A stretch of DNA of 64,000 nucleotides, taken from positions 213,528,001 through 213,592,000 of the forward strand of contig OZ024740.1 of assembly GCA_964016885.1 (NCBI GenBank), written 5' to 3'. Position 1 is the first letter of the stretch; every line of letters begins with the position of its first letter. Positions 42,530 through 58,172 of this stretch are shown here, in pieces. Both the position numbers and the translations under genes were made by a program. Origin of the DNA: Eledone cirrhosa. Its lineage: Eukaryota. Under the pieces are notes generated by a model, which was given only the letters and a program-made list of their open reading frames with translations, was not told where the DNA came from and did no database searches.

Positions 42530-45500
42530 ATTGGTCACAAGTTGACACTAAAATATTGTTCCACAACATCAGATCATCTGGTACTGATATTATTAGTCAC
42601 AACACTAAAATATTGTTTGTTCCACAACATCAGATCATCTGGTACTGATATCATTAGTCACACCACTAAAATATTGTTTGTTCCACATCAGATCATCTGG
42701 TACTGATATTATTAGTCACACCACTAAAATATTGTTTGTTCCACATCAGATCATCTGGTACTGATATCATTGGTCACAACACTAAAATATTGTTTGTTCC
42801 ACTTCAGATCATCTGGTACTGATATCATTAGTCACACCACTTAAATATTGTTTGTTCCACATCAGATCATCTGGTACTGATATCATTGGTCACACCACTT
42901 AAATATTGTTTGTTCCACATCAGATCATCTGGTACTGATATCATTGGTCACAACACTTAAATATTGTTTGTTCCACATCAGATCATCTGGTACTGATATC
43001 ATTGGTCAAAACACTAAAATATTGTTTGTTCCACTTCAGATCATCTGGTACTGATATTATTAGTCACAACACTTAAATATTGTTTGTTCCACATCAGATC
43101 ATCTGGTACTGATATTATTAGTCACAACACTTAAATATTGTTTGTTCCACATCAGATCATCTGGTACTGATATTATTAGTCACACCACTAAAATATTGTT
43201 TGTTCCACATCAGATCATCTGGTACTGATATTATTAGTCACACCACTAAAATATTGTTTGTTCCACATCAGATCATCTGGTACTGATATTATTAGTCACA
43301 ACACTAAAATATTGTTTGTTCCACATCAGATCATCTGGTACTGATATCATTAGTCACACCACTAAAATATTGTTTGTTCCACATCAGATCATCTGGTACT
43401 GATATCATTGGTCACAACACTAAAATATTGTTTGTTCCACATCAGATCATCTGGTACTGATATTATTAGTCACACCACTAAAATATTGTTTGTTCCACAT
43501 CAGATCATCTGGTACTGATATTATTAGTCACACCACTAAAATATTGTTTGTTCCACATCAGATCATCTGGTACTGATATTATTAGTCACACCACTAAAAT
43601 ATTGTTTGTTCCACATCAGATCATCTGGTACTGATATTATTAGTCACACCACTAAAATATTGTTTGTTCCACATCAGATCATCTGGTACTGATATTATTA
43701 GTCACACCACTAAAATATTGTTTGTTCCACATCAGATCATCTGGTACTGATATCATTAGTCACACCACTAAAATATTGTTTGTTCCACATCAGATCATCT
43801 GGTACTGATATCATTGGTCACAACACTAAAATATTGTTTGTTCCACTTCAGATCATCTGGTACTGATATTATTAGTCACAACACTTAAATATTGTTTGTT
43901 CCACATCAGATCATCTGGTACTGATATCATTGGTCAAAACACTAAAATATTGTTTGTTCCACATCAGATCATCTGGTACTGATATCATTGGTCACAACAC
44001 TAAAATATTGTTTGTTCCACATCAGATCATCTGGTACTGATATCATTGGTCAAAACACTAAAATATTGTTTGTTCCACATCAGATCATCTGGTACTGATA
44101 TTATTAGTCACAACACTAAAATATTGTTTGTTCCACATCAGATCATCTGGTACTGATATCATTAGTCACACCACTAAAATATTGTTTGTTCCACATCAGA
44201 TCATCTGGTACTGATATTATTAGTCACACCACTAAAATATTGTTTGTTCCACATCAGATCATCTGGTACTGATATCATTAGTCACACCACTAAAATATTG
44301 TTTGTTCCACATCAGATCATCTGGTACTGATATCATTGGTCACAACACTAAAATATTGTTTGTTCCACTTCAGATCATCTGGTACTGATATCATTAGTCA
44401 CACCACTTAAATATTGTTTGTTCCACATCAGATCATCTGGTACTGATATCATTGGTCACAACACTAAAATATTGTTTGTTCCACATCAGATCATCTGGTA
44501 CTGATATTATTAGTCACACCACTAAAATATTGTTTGTTCCACATCAGATCATCTGGTACTGATATTATTAGTCACACCACTAAAATATTGTTTGTTCCAC
44601 ATCAGATCATCTGGTACTGATATCATTAGTCACAACACTTAAATATTGTTTGTTCCACATCAGATCATCTGGTACTGATATTATTAGTCACAACACTAAA
44701 ATATTGTTTGTTCCACATCAGATCATCTGGTACTGATATCATTGGTCACAACACTTAAATATTGTTTGTTCCACATCAGATCATCTGGTACTGATATCAT
44801 TGGTCACAACACTAAAATATTGTTTGTTCCACATCAGATCATCTGGTACTGATATTATTAGTCACAACACTAAAATATTGTTTGTTCCACATCAGATCAT
44901 CTGGTACTGATATTATTAGTCACAACACTAAAATATTGTTTGTTCCACATCAGATCATCTGGTACTGATATTATTGGTCACAACACTTAAATATTGTTTG
45001 TTCCACATCAGATCATCTGGTACTGATATCATTAGTCACACCACTAAAATATTGTTTGTTCCACATCAGATCATCTGGTACTGATATCATTAGTCACACC
45101 ACTAAAATATTGTTTGTTCCACATCAGATCATCTGGTACTGATATCATTAGTCACACCACTAAAATATTGTTTGTTCCACATCAGATCATCTGGTACTGA
45201 TATCATTAGTCACACCACTAAAATATTGTTTGTTCCACATCAGATCATCTGGTACTGATATTATTGGTCACAACACTAAAATATTGTTTGTTCCACATCA
45301 AATCATCTGGTACTGATATTATTGGTCACAACACTAAAATATTGTTTGTTCCACAACATCAGATCATCTGGTACTGATATCATTAGTCACAACACTTAAA
45401 TATTGTTTGTTCCACATCAGATCATCTGGTACCGATATCATTAGTCACAACACTTAAATATTGTTTGTTCCACATCAAATCATCTGGTACTGATATTATT

Positions 45501-47845
45501 GGTCACAACACTAAAATATTGTTTGTTCCACAACATCAGATCATCTGGTACTGATATCATTAGTCACAACACTAAAATATTGTTTGTTCCACATCAGATC
45601 ATCTGGTACTGATATTATTAGTCACAACACTAAAATATTGTTTGTTCCACATCAGATCATCTGGTACTGATATCATTGGTCAAAACACTAAAATATTGTT
45701 TGTTCCACATCAGATCATCTGGTACTGATATCATTAGTCACAACACTAAAATATTGTTTGTTCCACATCAGAACATCTGGTACTGATATCATTAGTCACA
45801 ACACTAAAATATTGTTCCACATCAGATCATCTGGTACTGATATTATTAGTCACAACACTAAAATATTGTTTGTTCCACATCAGATCATCTGGTACTGATA
45901 TCATTAGTCACAACACTTAAATATTGTTTGTTCCACATCAGATCATCTGGTACTGATATTATTAGTCACAACACTTAAATATTGTTTGTTCCACTTCAGA
46001 TCATCTGGTACTGATATTATTAGTCACACCACTAAAATATTGTTTGTTCCACATCAGAACATCTGGTACTGATATTATTAGTCACAACACTTAAATATTG
46101 TTTGTTCCACATCAGATCATCTGGTACTGATATCATTAGTCACAACACTAAAATATTGTTTGTTCCACATCAGAACATCTGGTACTGATATCATTAGTCA
46201 CAACACTAAAATATTGTTCCACATCAGATCATCTGGTACTGATATTATTAGTCACAACACTAAAATATTGTTTGTTCCACATCAGAACATCTGGTACTGA
46301 TATCATTAGTCACAACACTTAAATATTGTTTGTTCCACATCAGATCATCTGGTACTGATATTATTAGTCACAACACTTAAATATTGTTTGTTCCACATCA
46401 GATCATCTGGTACTGATATCATTAGTCACACCACTAAAATATTGTTTGTTCCACATCAGATCATCTGGTACTGATATTATTAGTCACACCACTAAAATAT
46501 TGTTTGTTCCACATCAGATCATCTGGTACTGATATCATTAGTCACACCACTAAAATATTGTTTGTTCCACATCAGATCATCTGGTACTGATATCATTGGT
46601 CACAACACTAAAATATTGTTTGTTCCACAACATCAGATCATCTCGTACTGTAGTCACAACACTAAAATATTGTTTGTTCCACAACATCAGATCATCTCGT
46701 ACTGTAGTCACGACACTTAAATATTGTTTGTTCCACAACATCAGATCATCTGGTACTGTAGTCACGACACTAAAATATTATTTGTTCCACAACATCAGAT
46801 CATCTGGTACTGTAGTCACGACACTTAAATATTGTTTGTTCCACAACATCAGATCATCTGGTACTGTAGTCACGACACTAAAATATTGTTTGTTCCACAA
46901 CATCAGATCATCTCGTACTGTAGTCACGACACTAAAATATTGTTTGTTCCACAACATCAGATCATCTCGTACTGTAGTCACGACACTAAAATATTGTTTG
47001 TTCCACAACATCAGATCATCTCGTACTGTAGTCACGACACTAAAATATTGTTTGTTCCACAACATCAGATCATCTCGTACTGTAGTCACGACACTAAAAT
47101 ATTGTTTGTTCCACAACATCAGATCATCTGGTACTGTAGTCACGACACTAAAATATTATTTGTTCCACAACATCAGATCATCTGGTACTGTAGTCACGAC
47201 ACTAAAATATTGTTTGTTCCACAACATCAGATCATCTCGTACTGTAGTCACGACACTAAAATATTGTTTGTTCCACAACATCAGATCATCTCGTACTGTA
47301 GTCACGACACTAAAATATTGTTTGTTCCACAACATCAGATCATCTCGTACTGTAGTCACGACACTAAAATATTGTTTGTTCCACAACATCAGATCATCTC
47401 GTACTGTAGTCACGACACTAAAATATTGTTTGTTCCACAACATCAGATCATCTCGTACTGTAGTCACGACACTAAAATATTGTTTGTTCCACAACATCAG
47501 ATCATCTTGTACTGTAGTCACGACACTAAAATATTGTTTGTTCCACAACATCAGATCATCTCGTACTGTAGTCACGACACTAAAATATTGTTTGTTCCAC
47601 AACATCAGATCATCTCGTACTGTAGTCACGACACTAAAATATTGTTTGTTCCACAACATCAGATCATCTCGTACTGTAGTCACGACACTAAAATATTGTT
47701 TGTTCCACAACATCAGATCATCTCGTACTGTAGTCACGACACTAAAATATTGTTTGTTCCACAACATCAGATCATCTTGTACTGTAGTCACGACACTAAA
47801 ATATTGTTTGTTCCACAACATCAGACCATCTAGTACTGATATTAT
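42530..47845. repeat. 5.3-kb intronic satellite: about 70 copies of 58 bp, then about 23 copies of a derived 54-bp unit
   Basis: Unit ccacatcagatcatctggtactgatatcattagtcacaacactaaaatattgtttgtt; switch to the 54-mer near 46620. Confidence 0.96.
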
Positions 47846-48656
47846 TATTTTCCCAGCTACTTTCAAAATATTGGTTTGTTTACTGTCATTAATAGGTATT
47901 GCATCCTCTATTCATGTTACATGTGAGTGTTTTGTTAGCATTTTTATATTTATTTGATGAAAGTAATTAATCTGACCTCTATACTCGCGTTCAGATTTAG
48001 TATTCTTACTCTTTTCTATCATTAATCTTTTGTTGTTTTCCCCTAGACTGTCGGTGTCATCAAGTATATATTACCATATTTAGTGCTATATGTTTTCCCT
48101 AGACTGTCGGTGTCATCAAGTATATTACCATATTTAGTGCTATATGTTTTCTCTAGACTGTGTCAGTGCCATCAACTATATTACTATATTTGGTGCTATG
48201 TTTTCCCTAGACTGTGTCTGTCATCAACTATATTACTATATTTGATGCTATATATATATATGAACCCTTTTCTCCCCTTCAAAATGGCTAAAAACATATC
48301 ACCCCCAGTCATATATGTGAACTATAGTAGGCTAATATTTTGTTAATATTGACTGCTGAAGCAGTGAGTGGGGTGTTATCGATCTGGAGTTCCTTCATGC
48401 CATCAAATATGGTAATTATATTTCTTTTTGATACTATGTCATCTGAGACCACTTCTGGTTCTATGTAACAAAACTTCTCATTTTAAAGTGTTCATATTTA
48501 AGTTAAAATCTCCCAACATAATTTTATGTAAAACTCTTTTATATACTAAACTTTAGCTTACTGATTAAATCCCTCTGAATTTTTGATTTTCAAAATTAAT
48601 TTTTGCTTAACAGTTAGAATATTATCTTTTTCTTTTTTTCTTCATTTAATATTTAA

Positions 48657-48825
48657 CCCTTTCTTTACCATATTTCTAATGACATGTATTTCAATTAATT
48701 AATGATTTTGGAAAGATGTTCTAAATTATTTCGTTTACAAATGATTCTTATACGAAATTGTTAAATTTTAATTTAAAATGTGCGGCTTTGTTTCATAGAA
48801 CCAGAGTTGGTTAGTATCAAAAGGG
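48657..48825. mobile_element. piggyBac-type MITE (relatives near 52107-52318 and 53927-54130)
   Basis: TTAA|CCCTTT...AAAGGG|TTAA. Confidence 0.6.
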
Positions 48826-48948
48826 TTAATCTGTGTCTATACATGTATTGTTAAAGAGTTGCCTGAGTTAATCATATAAGTTGTTTGAGCTGTTGTGAAG
48901 AAGTTATAGCTTTCCTAAAAAAATTTATAAATACTTTGAACAACTTTG

Positions 48949-48980
<32 letters not shown>

Positions 48981-49962
48981 CATCATCCTCATCATAGTTT
49001 AACATCTATCTTCCATGCCAGCATGAGTTAGACGAGGAATTGTCCCACTTGAGGCAAGATTGATCAGGTGGCTGTATCTCGCTTGTATAGGGCTGTATAT
49101 ATATAAAATATTTCATATTACTGCTTGTAATTAGGAAGGACATTAAGCCATAGCAACCAAGCTAAAATACAGGTGTGTATGAGCATGTTGATCTCTAGAC
49201 CTGACTTATCTCATAATGACAACCTGTGTAACCCATGCGTGGAAAAATGGAAGTTAATTGACGATGATGATAATGATACTGTAGACACTCCTATATAAAT
49301 TACACCATAGATAAGTTGCACCTCCATTTTAGGTACAGCTTAATTCTAAAACAGAATTAGTTCAGCTTGATACTAAATTTGAAAATATTTTGAAAATATA
49401 GGAGATTGTAAAAACATCAGTTCTGGTATTAGAACTGATGTAAATCAAGCAACGTTGTAAGGAGTATAGAAATGTTTAGACTTTAGACGAAATTGGATTA
49501 ACTCTTTTGTAGATGCTAACCAAAAAAATTCTTGTTAAAGGCTTTAAAGGAATCGTAAAAATGAAGAAGAAGTAAGTTTGATTTTATTTTTTAGAGATCC
49601 TCATACATATATGGTCCCGTAACCTCTGATGGAGTCATAGGGGTGCTGTATTGACATATGTCGTTTCTTGTGCATTTTAAGCCTGGCAGTGTCCATCCTT
49701 CTCCAGGCCTGGGTACAGCAGATTTCTTTCAAAGAAGGATAGAAAGTGAGAAAGATACTTTTTATCGACTTGACCTAGGCAGGATTTGAACGCAGGGTGC
49801 AGAATCTGAACAAATACCACAAAGCACTCTATTCAACGTTCCAATGACTCTGCCAATTCGCCGCCTTAGATGTCTTCATAACACTAAAGAAAAGGAAATG
49901 TGGGAAAACCTTCTTACAGTTCTCAAATAATTAATATTTTTATACATTTCATTTTGTTTTAG

Positions 49963-50085
49963 AATCGTGTGGAAATAACAGATGTAGACCATGAAGTAAT
50001 GCGGGAAATGTTACGCTTCATTTACACTGGTAAAGCACCAAACTTAGAGAAAATGGCAGATGATCTTTTAGCAGCAGCCGACAAA
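49963..50085 (+). CDS. SPOP: SPOP coding exon 7 (BTB)
   Basis: [41 protein letters not shown]; 123 nt. Confidence 0.97.
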
Positions 50086-50521
50086 GTAAGTCCCCCCCCC
50101 CCCCTTTGTTTTCTATGGTTTAAATATTATTTGGCCCCCATGTTTTTCATAGATATAGTCCTGTCAAGACTAAAAGGCCATTATAGACAGCCACTTCCAA
50201 CATTACATGTTCAGTTATTGAGATATCAACTGAACATAACTTTATGCCAACTGTGTACATATTCTCTAAAATAACTGTTGGCAACAATTTTCCTATTAAG
50301 ACAACAAATTGGAGCCTTAGAGTATAGAGTATTTATTCTGGTTCTCTGTACTCCTAGTTTGAATCCCATCAAGGATTAATTTGCTTTTCGTCCTCTGGAC
50401 ATCAATAAAATAAAATAACAATCCAATAAAGTGTCAAATGAGATACCTTGCAATATTAGTTCTAGCTGTTTATGGTCTGAATTCAAATCTTAGATGATGG
50501 TTTAATCTGTTGCTCACTTGA

Positions 50522-50772
50522 ACATCACATCTTTTGTGTACCTGTAGCAGACTCCATGTTATATCATCACATCTTTTGTGTACCTGTAGCAGACTCCATG
50601 TTATATCATCACATCTTTTGTGTACCTGTAGCAGACTCCATGTTACATCATCACATTTTTGTGTACCTCTAGCAGACTTCATGTTACATCATCACATCTT
50701 TTGTGTACCTCTAGCAGACTCCATGTTACATCATCACATCTTTTGTGTACCTGTAGCAGACTCTGTTACATG
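50522..50772. repeat. 42-bp minisatellite, about 6 copies
   Basis: Unit atcacatcttttgtgtacctgtagcagactccatgttatatc. Confidence 0.9.
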
Positions 50773-52604
50773 ACATCTGTTGTGTGCCTTCAATTCAAAT
50801 GTTTATAGTATCTGAGTGGACAGGCTGCTGTGAAAATTTGCACTATACTAAAGACCTTTACTGTGACACAGTCATTGTGGTGTTTTGTACTTTTCAAGAT
50901 TGACTTTCTAATGTGGTTTCATGTGGTACAGGTTAAGAGTTAACAGCTCTTTTCCCCTAAATCTGCAGCAGTCGAAATTGAACTTTATTTCACCTAGCTA
51001 TCCTTCTTCTTCAGCCTAGTTCACCCAGAAAAATTCCATCGTTACCTTAAAAATGAAAAGTAAAATTTCAAATATAAAGTGTTTAAGGAGGGCATTAAAA
51101 GACTGTTCTAAAATGTAATATTTATATTTACAACACATCTGCAGATGAACATGTATTTTCATTAAATTACTGTTCATTTGTATTTTTATTTCATCATCCT
51201 TGGTATGGGTTGAACACATTTCTAATTTAGCAACACTAAGCTTTGATCTAATATTATTACTCTTGTGAGTGTCAATGTTTTCAGGTATAACTTCATCTTT
51301 CTTTCTAAGATTTATGTCTATCCCATGTTTTCCTGCTGCCACCAAACTGAAGTTAATACTTTTCAACTTATTTCTCTCCAATTAGTAAAGATCTCTGCAT
51401 ACAGTCAATTTCCAATGTTAGACTTTGGCATACAGAGTTATCCCCCCTTGGTTTTTAACACCTGGACTTATCCACAATGTTTTGTGTTTATTTTACAAGA
51501 TTCTAAATGTGAAATCCTATACTCATACACGTATGTTTAGAGGGTTACACAGGGCCGTATTTAATGGGGGGCAAAGATGACAATTGCTCCGGGCCCCCCT
51601 GCAGTACCAGCGACAGCCGTAGCAATTTATTTGTGCCCTCAGGTGGGCTTTTTTGTTTTAGGATGGTTAGAATTTTTGATTTAATACCTGTATGTATAAC
51701 TTCAATTCCAATTACTTGTGCCAAGCTAACTTTGATATGTAAAATTGGGGGTGGGGTGCTGTATATTCTATTTTTTTTGTGTATGAGCCCCCTCCCCAAA
51801 CCAACCCTGCGCCCACATTTTGTATTTCCTTTTTTTAATTTTTTTTATGATAAACTACTGCCAATGTATGTTTTATTAGTAGAAGGATCTGAAAATACAA
51901 TAATTCTGGCCGGACAGAATGCTAAAGGGTTAAATATTAGATGTAATTATAGAAACTGCCATAGTCTATAATGGACATTGTATTTATGCTAAATGATTAC
52001 CAAAAACCATGAAACCCTCCCTGGTTCTACAGTACAAAGCTGTTTGTTTTAAATGTTTATATTTATCTAAAACCACTTGTCATAATTTTATGTAAGGCCC
52101 ACTTAACCCTTTAGTTACTAACCCAGCCAAGACCAGCCCTGGTTCCATAAAACAAAACGAGACCAATTTAAATTAAAATCTTCCACCATAATTTTATATA
52201 AGAACCTTACATTAAGTTATTTAGTAATGAAATTATTAATAATTTCAGTAAATCCCCCGAAATTTTTCATTAATTAATTGAAATAGTGTATTTCATTAGA
52301 AATGTGGTCACGAAAGGGTTGCAAACAACTGCTTAATAACAAGAAAGTTATAAATATAAATCCCTCAAAATTATTTTTATAATCATAGGCAGTGTCTTTC
52401 ATTGTAAATCTGGAAATGAAAGGGTTACAGAGATAAGTTTCTAATACTTGGGCTAAAATAAATTATTCTCAGATAGTATTATTTTCTAATGAGTACTTCA
52501 TTTTCACTGGTTTATTTGGAACATTACCTTTTTTAAATCTTTATTTTTTATGTTCAAATTTTAAGGATTCCTCCTTATTTGAGATTCCCTGTTTTATTTT
52601 TTAG

Positions 52605-52747
52605 TATGCACTTGAACGATTGAAAGTAATGTGTGAAGAAGCTCTTTGTTCCAGCCTCACTATTGACAGTGTCTGTGAGATACTAGTCTTAGCAGATTTA
52701 CACAGTGCCGACCAGCTCAAGACACATGCCATAGATTTTATAAATAG
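52605..52747 (+). CDS. SPOP: SPOP coding exon 8 (BTB end/BACK)
   Basis: [47 protein letters not shown]; 143 nt. Confidence 0.96.
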
Positions 52748-52843
52748 GTCTGTAATATATTTCATTTATAGTTGTTAATGTCTACATATTTATGAATGTG
52801 ATAACTATAGCTGAGTTAAAGAAATTTGATTATAAAACTGTTC

Positions 52844-52888
<45 letters not shown>

Positions 52889-54820
52889 ATACTTTAACAA
52901 TCATGTTTAGGATATACCTTATTTCAAGTTTACTCATTATCCTTACCAATACTATTTACATTTTAGAAAGTTGAATTGTATTGTTTTCTTAACACACAAA
53001 CACTGAAGCTGCTCTTTATTTTCTATGCAGGAATCTGTATGGAAATTTAATTTTGTATTTGGGTTGCATTCTGTTTAGATGACGGATTGTCAGATATCAG
53101 GTTTTTCCTCCAGCTCACAGCTCTCTGCGTTCTCATTTCAAATTCCTGTCATTGTCAACTTCGCCTTTCCTCTTTTCAAAGTCAATAAATCAATTACCTG
53201 CCCAGGGTCAGTGGATTGGCAGAACTGTTACACAGGATGATTTGGCTCTGTGTTCTGGGTTCAACTCCAGAACAGTAATTTAATCACCATGATATGTTCA
53301 CTTTTCATGCTGGCATGGGTTGGACAGATGATCATGGTTTGTGACTAGGTGGATCAGAGAACCATATTTCCCTCAGGTGTTCCATTTTTGTTATAGCTTC
53401 TATGATGTTTGTGCTATGAAGATTATGTCCTCAATGGGATTCAAGGGTTCTCTTAACCCTATGTTAACTCTGTCAACCATTTTACAGACTGCACTGAGTA
53501 TATTTTATCATGGTACCAGCTCACAACACTAAAGGGCAGCCATAACTAATATCATAAAATATATATACATTGTGTGCATTATAACTGACTGAGGAATTAA
53601 CTTTTAGTTTACTAAATAGGGTTTCTTCAGTATTAGTTGTCATTTAGCCCCAAGTCAGCCCTTTCATGTTGTTATGGCTCCATGTGTTTTAAGGCTCAGT
53701 GTATCTAGATATCTAGGGCTACAGTATCCAGTGTATCCTTTTAAAAACCGTAGTGTGGTTTTAGGGCTATTTGGTTGCTATTTCAAGTAAGTCGTGAAAT
53801 TATGTAGATCTTTTGTTGGTTTGATACCAGTGTAGTACTAACTAGAGCCTTAAAGATATGTTGGTACCAGTGTAATACTAACTAGAGCCTTAAAGATATG
53901 TTGGTACCAGTTTAGTACTAACTAACCCTTTAGCATTTACATTACTCTATATATACTATTGTATTTTCACAGTAAAGGCTTTATCTTACATAATTATCTC
54001 ACATAATATCGAATCTACGTGATTTGAGAACAATACCTAAATATAGGTATGAGCGGCCAGTTACAGCTAGTTTAAACAGAAAGGGGTGAGACACTTCTGG
54101 TTGGACACGGCTGGTTTAAATGCTAAAGGATTAAAGTTATTTGTTGGTTTGATACCAGTGTAGTACTAACTAGAGCCTTAAAGATATTCAAAAGAAGTCT
54201 GATAATGAGGATATTTTCAATCTGTTAAAAATTGAAAATAAATTTTTTTAAATGTTTATAATAGAAAATATTTCGATGTTCTTTTTGTATTTATATGTTT
54301 AAATGTAGCAATGTCAGAAGTTTATAACGGAATATAGGTATGACAGATTATGAAAATAACCTTAAATTTAGTTAGGCTTAACATAGAACTGGGCTTGTCT
54401 ATAAACATAGTCTGTAAATAGCTAGGCTTAACATAGGACTGGGTTTGGAAATAGTTAGGCTTGACATAGAGTTGGGCTTGTCTACAGACATAATCTGGAA
54501 ATATGCTTAACATAGTGCTGGGCTTGTCTACAGACATAATCTGGAAATAGCTAAGGTATTAGAAGTGGGTTTAATATCTTATTCAGTATTTTTCTCTAAG
54601 ATTAAAAATGAAAAGAGTTGTCTTTATATGGGTCTGTACAGTGTCTGCACCAATTTTAACTAATATCCTAATGTAAATATTATTTTTTTTAGTTTTTACT
54701 ATTTGTTTTTATTTCATATATCTTGTGTTTATTTGTTAATGTATGTTATTTGATTATATTCTGAACTTATCAGTATAATATTACATTGAATATACATTGA
54801 AAATGTTTGTTATTTTTTAG

Positions 54821-54965
54821 CCATGCTACAGATGTCATGGAGACAACTGGTTGGAAGACACTCATACAGAGTCATCCACATTTAATTGCAGATGCTTTTC
54901 GGGCACTTGCAAGTCAACAGTCACCACCATTGGGTCCACCACGTAAAAGAGTGAAGCAATCGTAA
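54821..54965 (+). CDS. SPOP: SPOP last coding exon (BACK plus NLS)
   Basis: [47 protein letters not shown]; total CDS 1125 nt. Confidence 0.97.
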
Positions 54966-55553
54966 AATTCAGCAACATTAGACTCCTGCTCTTTCCTGCA
55001 GTTTATACAACACATACTCTTGACCTCATGGAAGCCATTGTTTGCTAAATCTTTTTCCCTGTTCATCACAATTTCTTCAGATTTATTGAGCATTTATTGC
55101 TGCTGTTTCCAAAATGAAGTCATCTTATGATTTTCTATTTTTGCTGCTACTTGATGGCCACCACTATCTTTTATCAAATAACTGCCTTATTTTTAAAAGT
55201 CTGCAGCATTTCATCTTAAATTTATCAACTTGGATACGATGCAGTACAAAATAGGATTGTGATGTAACAGTTTGAATTAAAATGCAGTTTTCTGGTAATG
55301 GATGAAAATGTGAGGAGTTTAATACGGGAAAAGATGTGTCAATCTCAGCAAGCCAGCGTGAGTTGTTTCATGGCCTCACTATGTTTCTGCTCCTAGAAAC
55401 GTTTTAAAGCACCAGATAGTCAAAGAGTAGAATTGGTATCTCTGATTTTTACAGAAACAAGTAGTCTTTTATTTCTATAAGAGTTACTTGCAGTTGGAGG
55501 TCCTGTTTATATTGACTGTTGTTTCCACCAAGTCATTTATTTATTAAAAGAAC

Positions 55554-55845
55554 AATAAAAAATATATAAATACATAGCGAAACACAGACTGACATACACA
55601 TACGTACACATGTACATACACCTGTTGAAAAAAAAAACAAAAACAGATCATGTTTGCCTTTTTCATCTTAACTTAAAAGCTACTCCTGTTTGGTAGTTTC
55701 TGTACTGATTCTTTGTAAATGTTGGAAAGGTTTGGCATGATAGAAGAAGAAGAATTGCATTCTAGTGATATTTATGTAAGTAGTTCAATGAAGGTTATGA
55801 AAGGAACATATTGTTTTCATAATTCATTTTTGATTATTGAATAAA
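55554..55845 (+). terminator. Two candidate SPOP polyadenylation signals
   Basis: AATAAA at 55554 and 55840; the second is followed by GT/T-rich sequence and repeats resume after it. Confidence 0.5.
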
Positions 55846-56096
55846 CATTCCTTGGTGGTATTATATTTCCTATATCTTCCTTTGTAATGATAACATTTCT
55901 TTGTGAAAGTAGATACACAGGGTTGAAGTCACTTAGGACAGGTGAAGGTAGATACACTTGGTTTGGTTGAAGTCACTTAGAACAGGTGAATGTCAATACA
56001 CCTGGTCTGGTTGAAGTCACATAGGACAGGTGAAACCAAGAAGACACCTTTTCATTTCAGAAAACTTGGGATATAAATCTGTTTTGTGTGTGTATG

Positions 56097-56129
<33 letters not shown>

Positions 56130-56374
56130 GCATATGCATATATATATATGTTATCATTTAATGTCCATTTTCTATGCTAGCATTCTACAGTGTGTACTGG
56201 GTGCTTTTTGTCTTGACACCTAAATGGCCACTTTATAGTGTGGGTTAGATTGGTTGTCACATTATGAGACAAGTCATGTCAGGTGATCACGTCTTGCTCA
56301 TACAGATCTGTATTTTGTTTTGGTTTCTATGGCTGGATGCCCTTCCTAACACCAACCACATTACTGTGTGGGAT

Positions 56375-56670
56375 ATTATCGTTTTTACGTCCTTGCATGG
56401 GTTGGATAGGTCCTTCTTAGCACGGCATTTCTCCACTTGTGTTCCTTCATCATCTCCTCTACCAATTTTAGCAATTTGAGGTCAGCTCTCACAACCTCTG
56501 CCCAGGTCTTTCTTGGTTGTCCTCTACTGTGGCTTCCTTCTACTGGGATTTTCTGACATTTCTTCACCCAACGGTCAATATCCATGTGCATCTAACCCAT
56601 GCTAGCTTGGAAGATGAACGTTAAATGATGATGATGATGATGATGACCACATGTCCATACCAACGCATTA
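56375..56670 (-). mobile_element. RTE 3' fragments (subfamily of 7935-10355)
   Basis: DRWVKKCQKIPVEG..SRGQPRKTWAEVVRADL. Confidence 0.8.
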
Positions 56671-57472
56671 TATATATATATATATATATGTGTGTGTATG
56701 CGGTTTCAATTTCCTAATTAGGAGTAACTATCCTTCATTGCTTTATGAGAAATGACTAGGGAGTAAATGTGATAAATCTATGGAGCTCCAAAGATGATTT
56801 GGTGTTCAATTGAAAACTATTCTGGCAACCCCTCATACCACTTGTACTGCTCTGCACTAATTGAATGACATTAGCAAGGGTTAGAGAGACCTTGTACTGT
56901 CTGGTTAACCCAGGATCTCCATACATCCATTCCATGATTGCAACCCAGAGAGGTTACACAGTTGACCAATGGTGCAAATTCCATTGTTTTAGTTTAGCTG
57001 GATGTCACAATATATGTGTGCATGCAAAATGGTTGTCGTTAGGAAAGGCATCTAGCCGTAGAACCCATACTAAAATGGAGAATGTATGAGCAAGAAATGT
57101 AACGACCCATCCAACCCATGTAAAATTTATGTGTACTTATGTATTGTTTGTGTTTGACATGGGTTAGACAGTTCACTGGAATTTCTGTCTTGTTGGGTTG
57201 AAGGACTACCCGGTGCTAATGTGTTCCATTTTTGGCATGATCTCTATGGCTGGATACACTTCTTATCTCATATAGATGTGTGTGTATATATGTATTAGTA
57301 TATTCTGTGTATATACAAATACTTTATCATACACTTCGGTTGCTTAGCACAATATATATTAACTCCCAACACAAACCTCATTACTATACAAATTAGTACG
57401 TCTGTTTCAGGATACTATGACAAGTGGTAGGGTATATAAACCCCTCGGTTACATAGTTCCTTGTAGTTGTTT

Positions 57473-57530
57473 GAATGATTTACCTGATGAAGGGCCAATT
57501 AGGTCCGAAAATCTATTAATGGTATTCATC
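57473..57530 (+). ncRNA. Degenerate hammerhead-like motif
   Basis: TAC-CTGATGA-A-GGGCC AATTA GGTCC-GAAA-ATCTATTA-ATG-GTA; junction spacing is imperfect. Confidence 0.45.
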
Positions 57531-57628
57531 AAATTTTTTTTAATTTACAGGGAAATTCATTATTTGGCATGTTTACATATATACTGTGTAAATTTAGATA
57601 CACATTACCAAGTCTCGGCTATCTTTAT

Positions 57629-57663
<35 letters not shown>

Positions 57664-57672
57664 CTATATATA

Positions 57673-57713
<41 letters not shown>

Positions 57714-57754
57714 ATATATATATCTATATATATATCTATATATATATATATATA

Positions 57755-57909
<155 letters not shown>

Positions 57910-57941
57910 ATATATATATCTATATATATATATTTATATAT

Positions 57942-58165
<224 letters not shown>

Positions 58166-58172
58166 ATATATA

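Noticed and set aside
42530-47845. CRISPR-like regular array (also 62641-64000)
   Set aside because: No unique spacers and no cas genes; eukaryotic tandem satellite
46596-47957. 453-aa repetitive ORF
   Set aside because: By-product of a 54-bp satellite unit inside a SPOP intron; open in several frames
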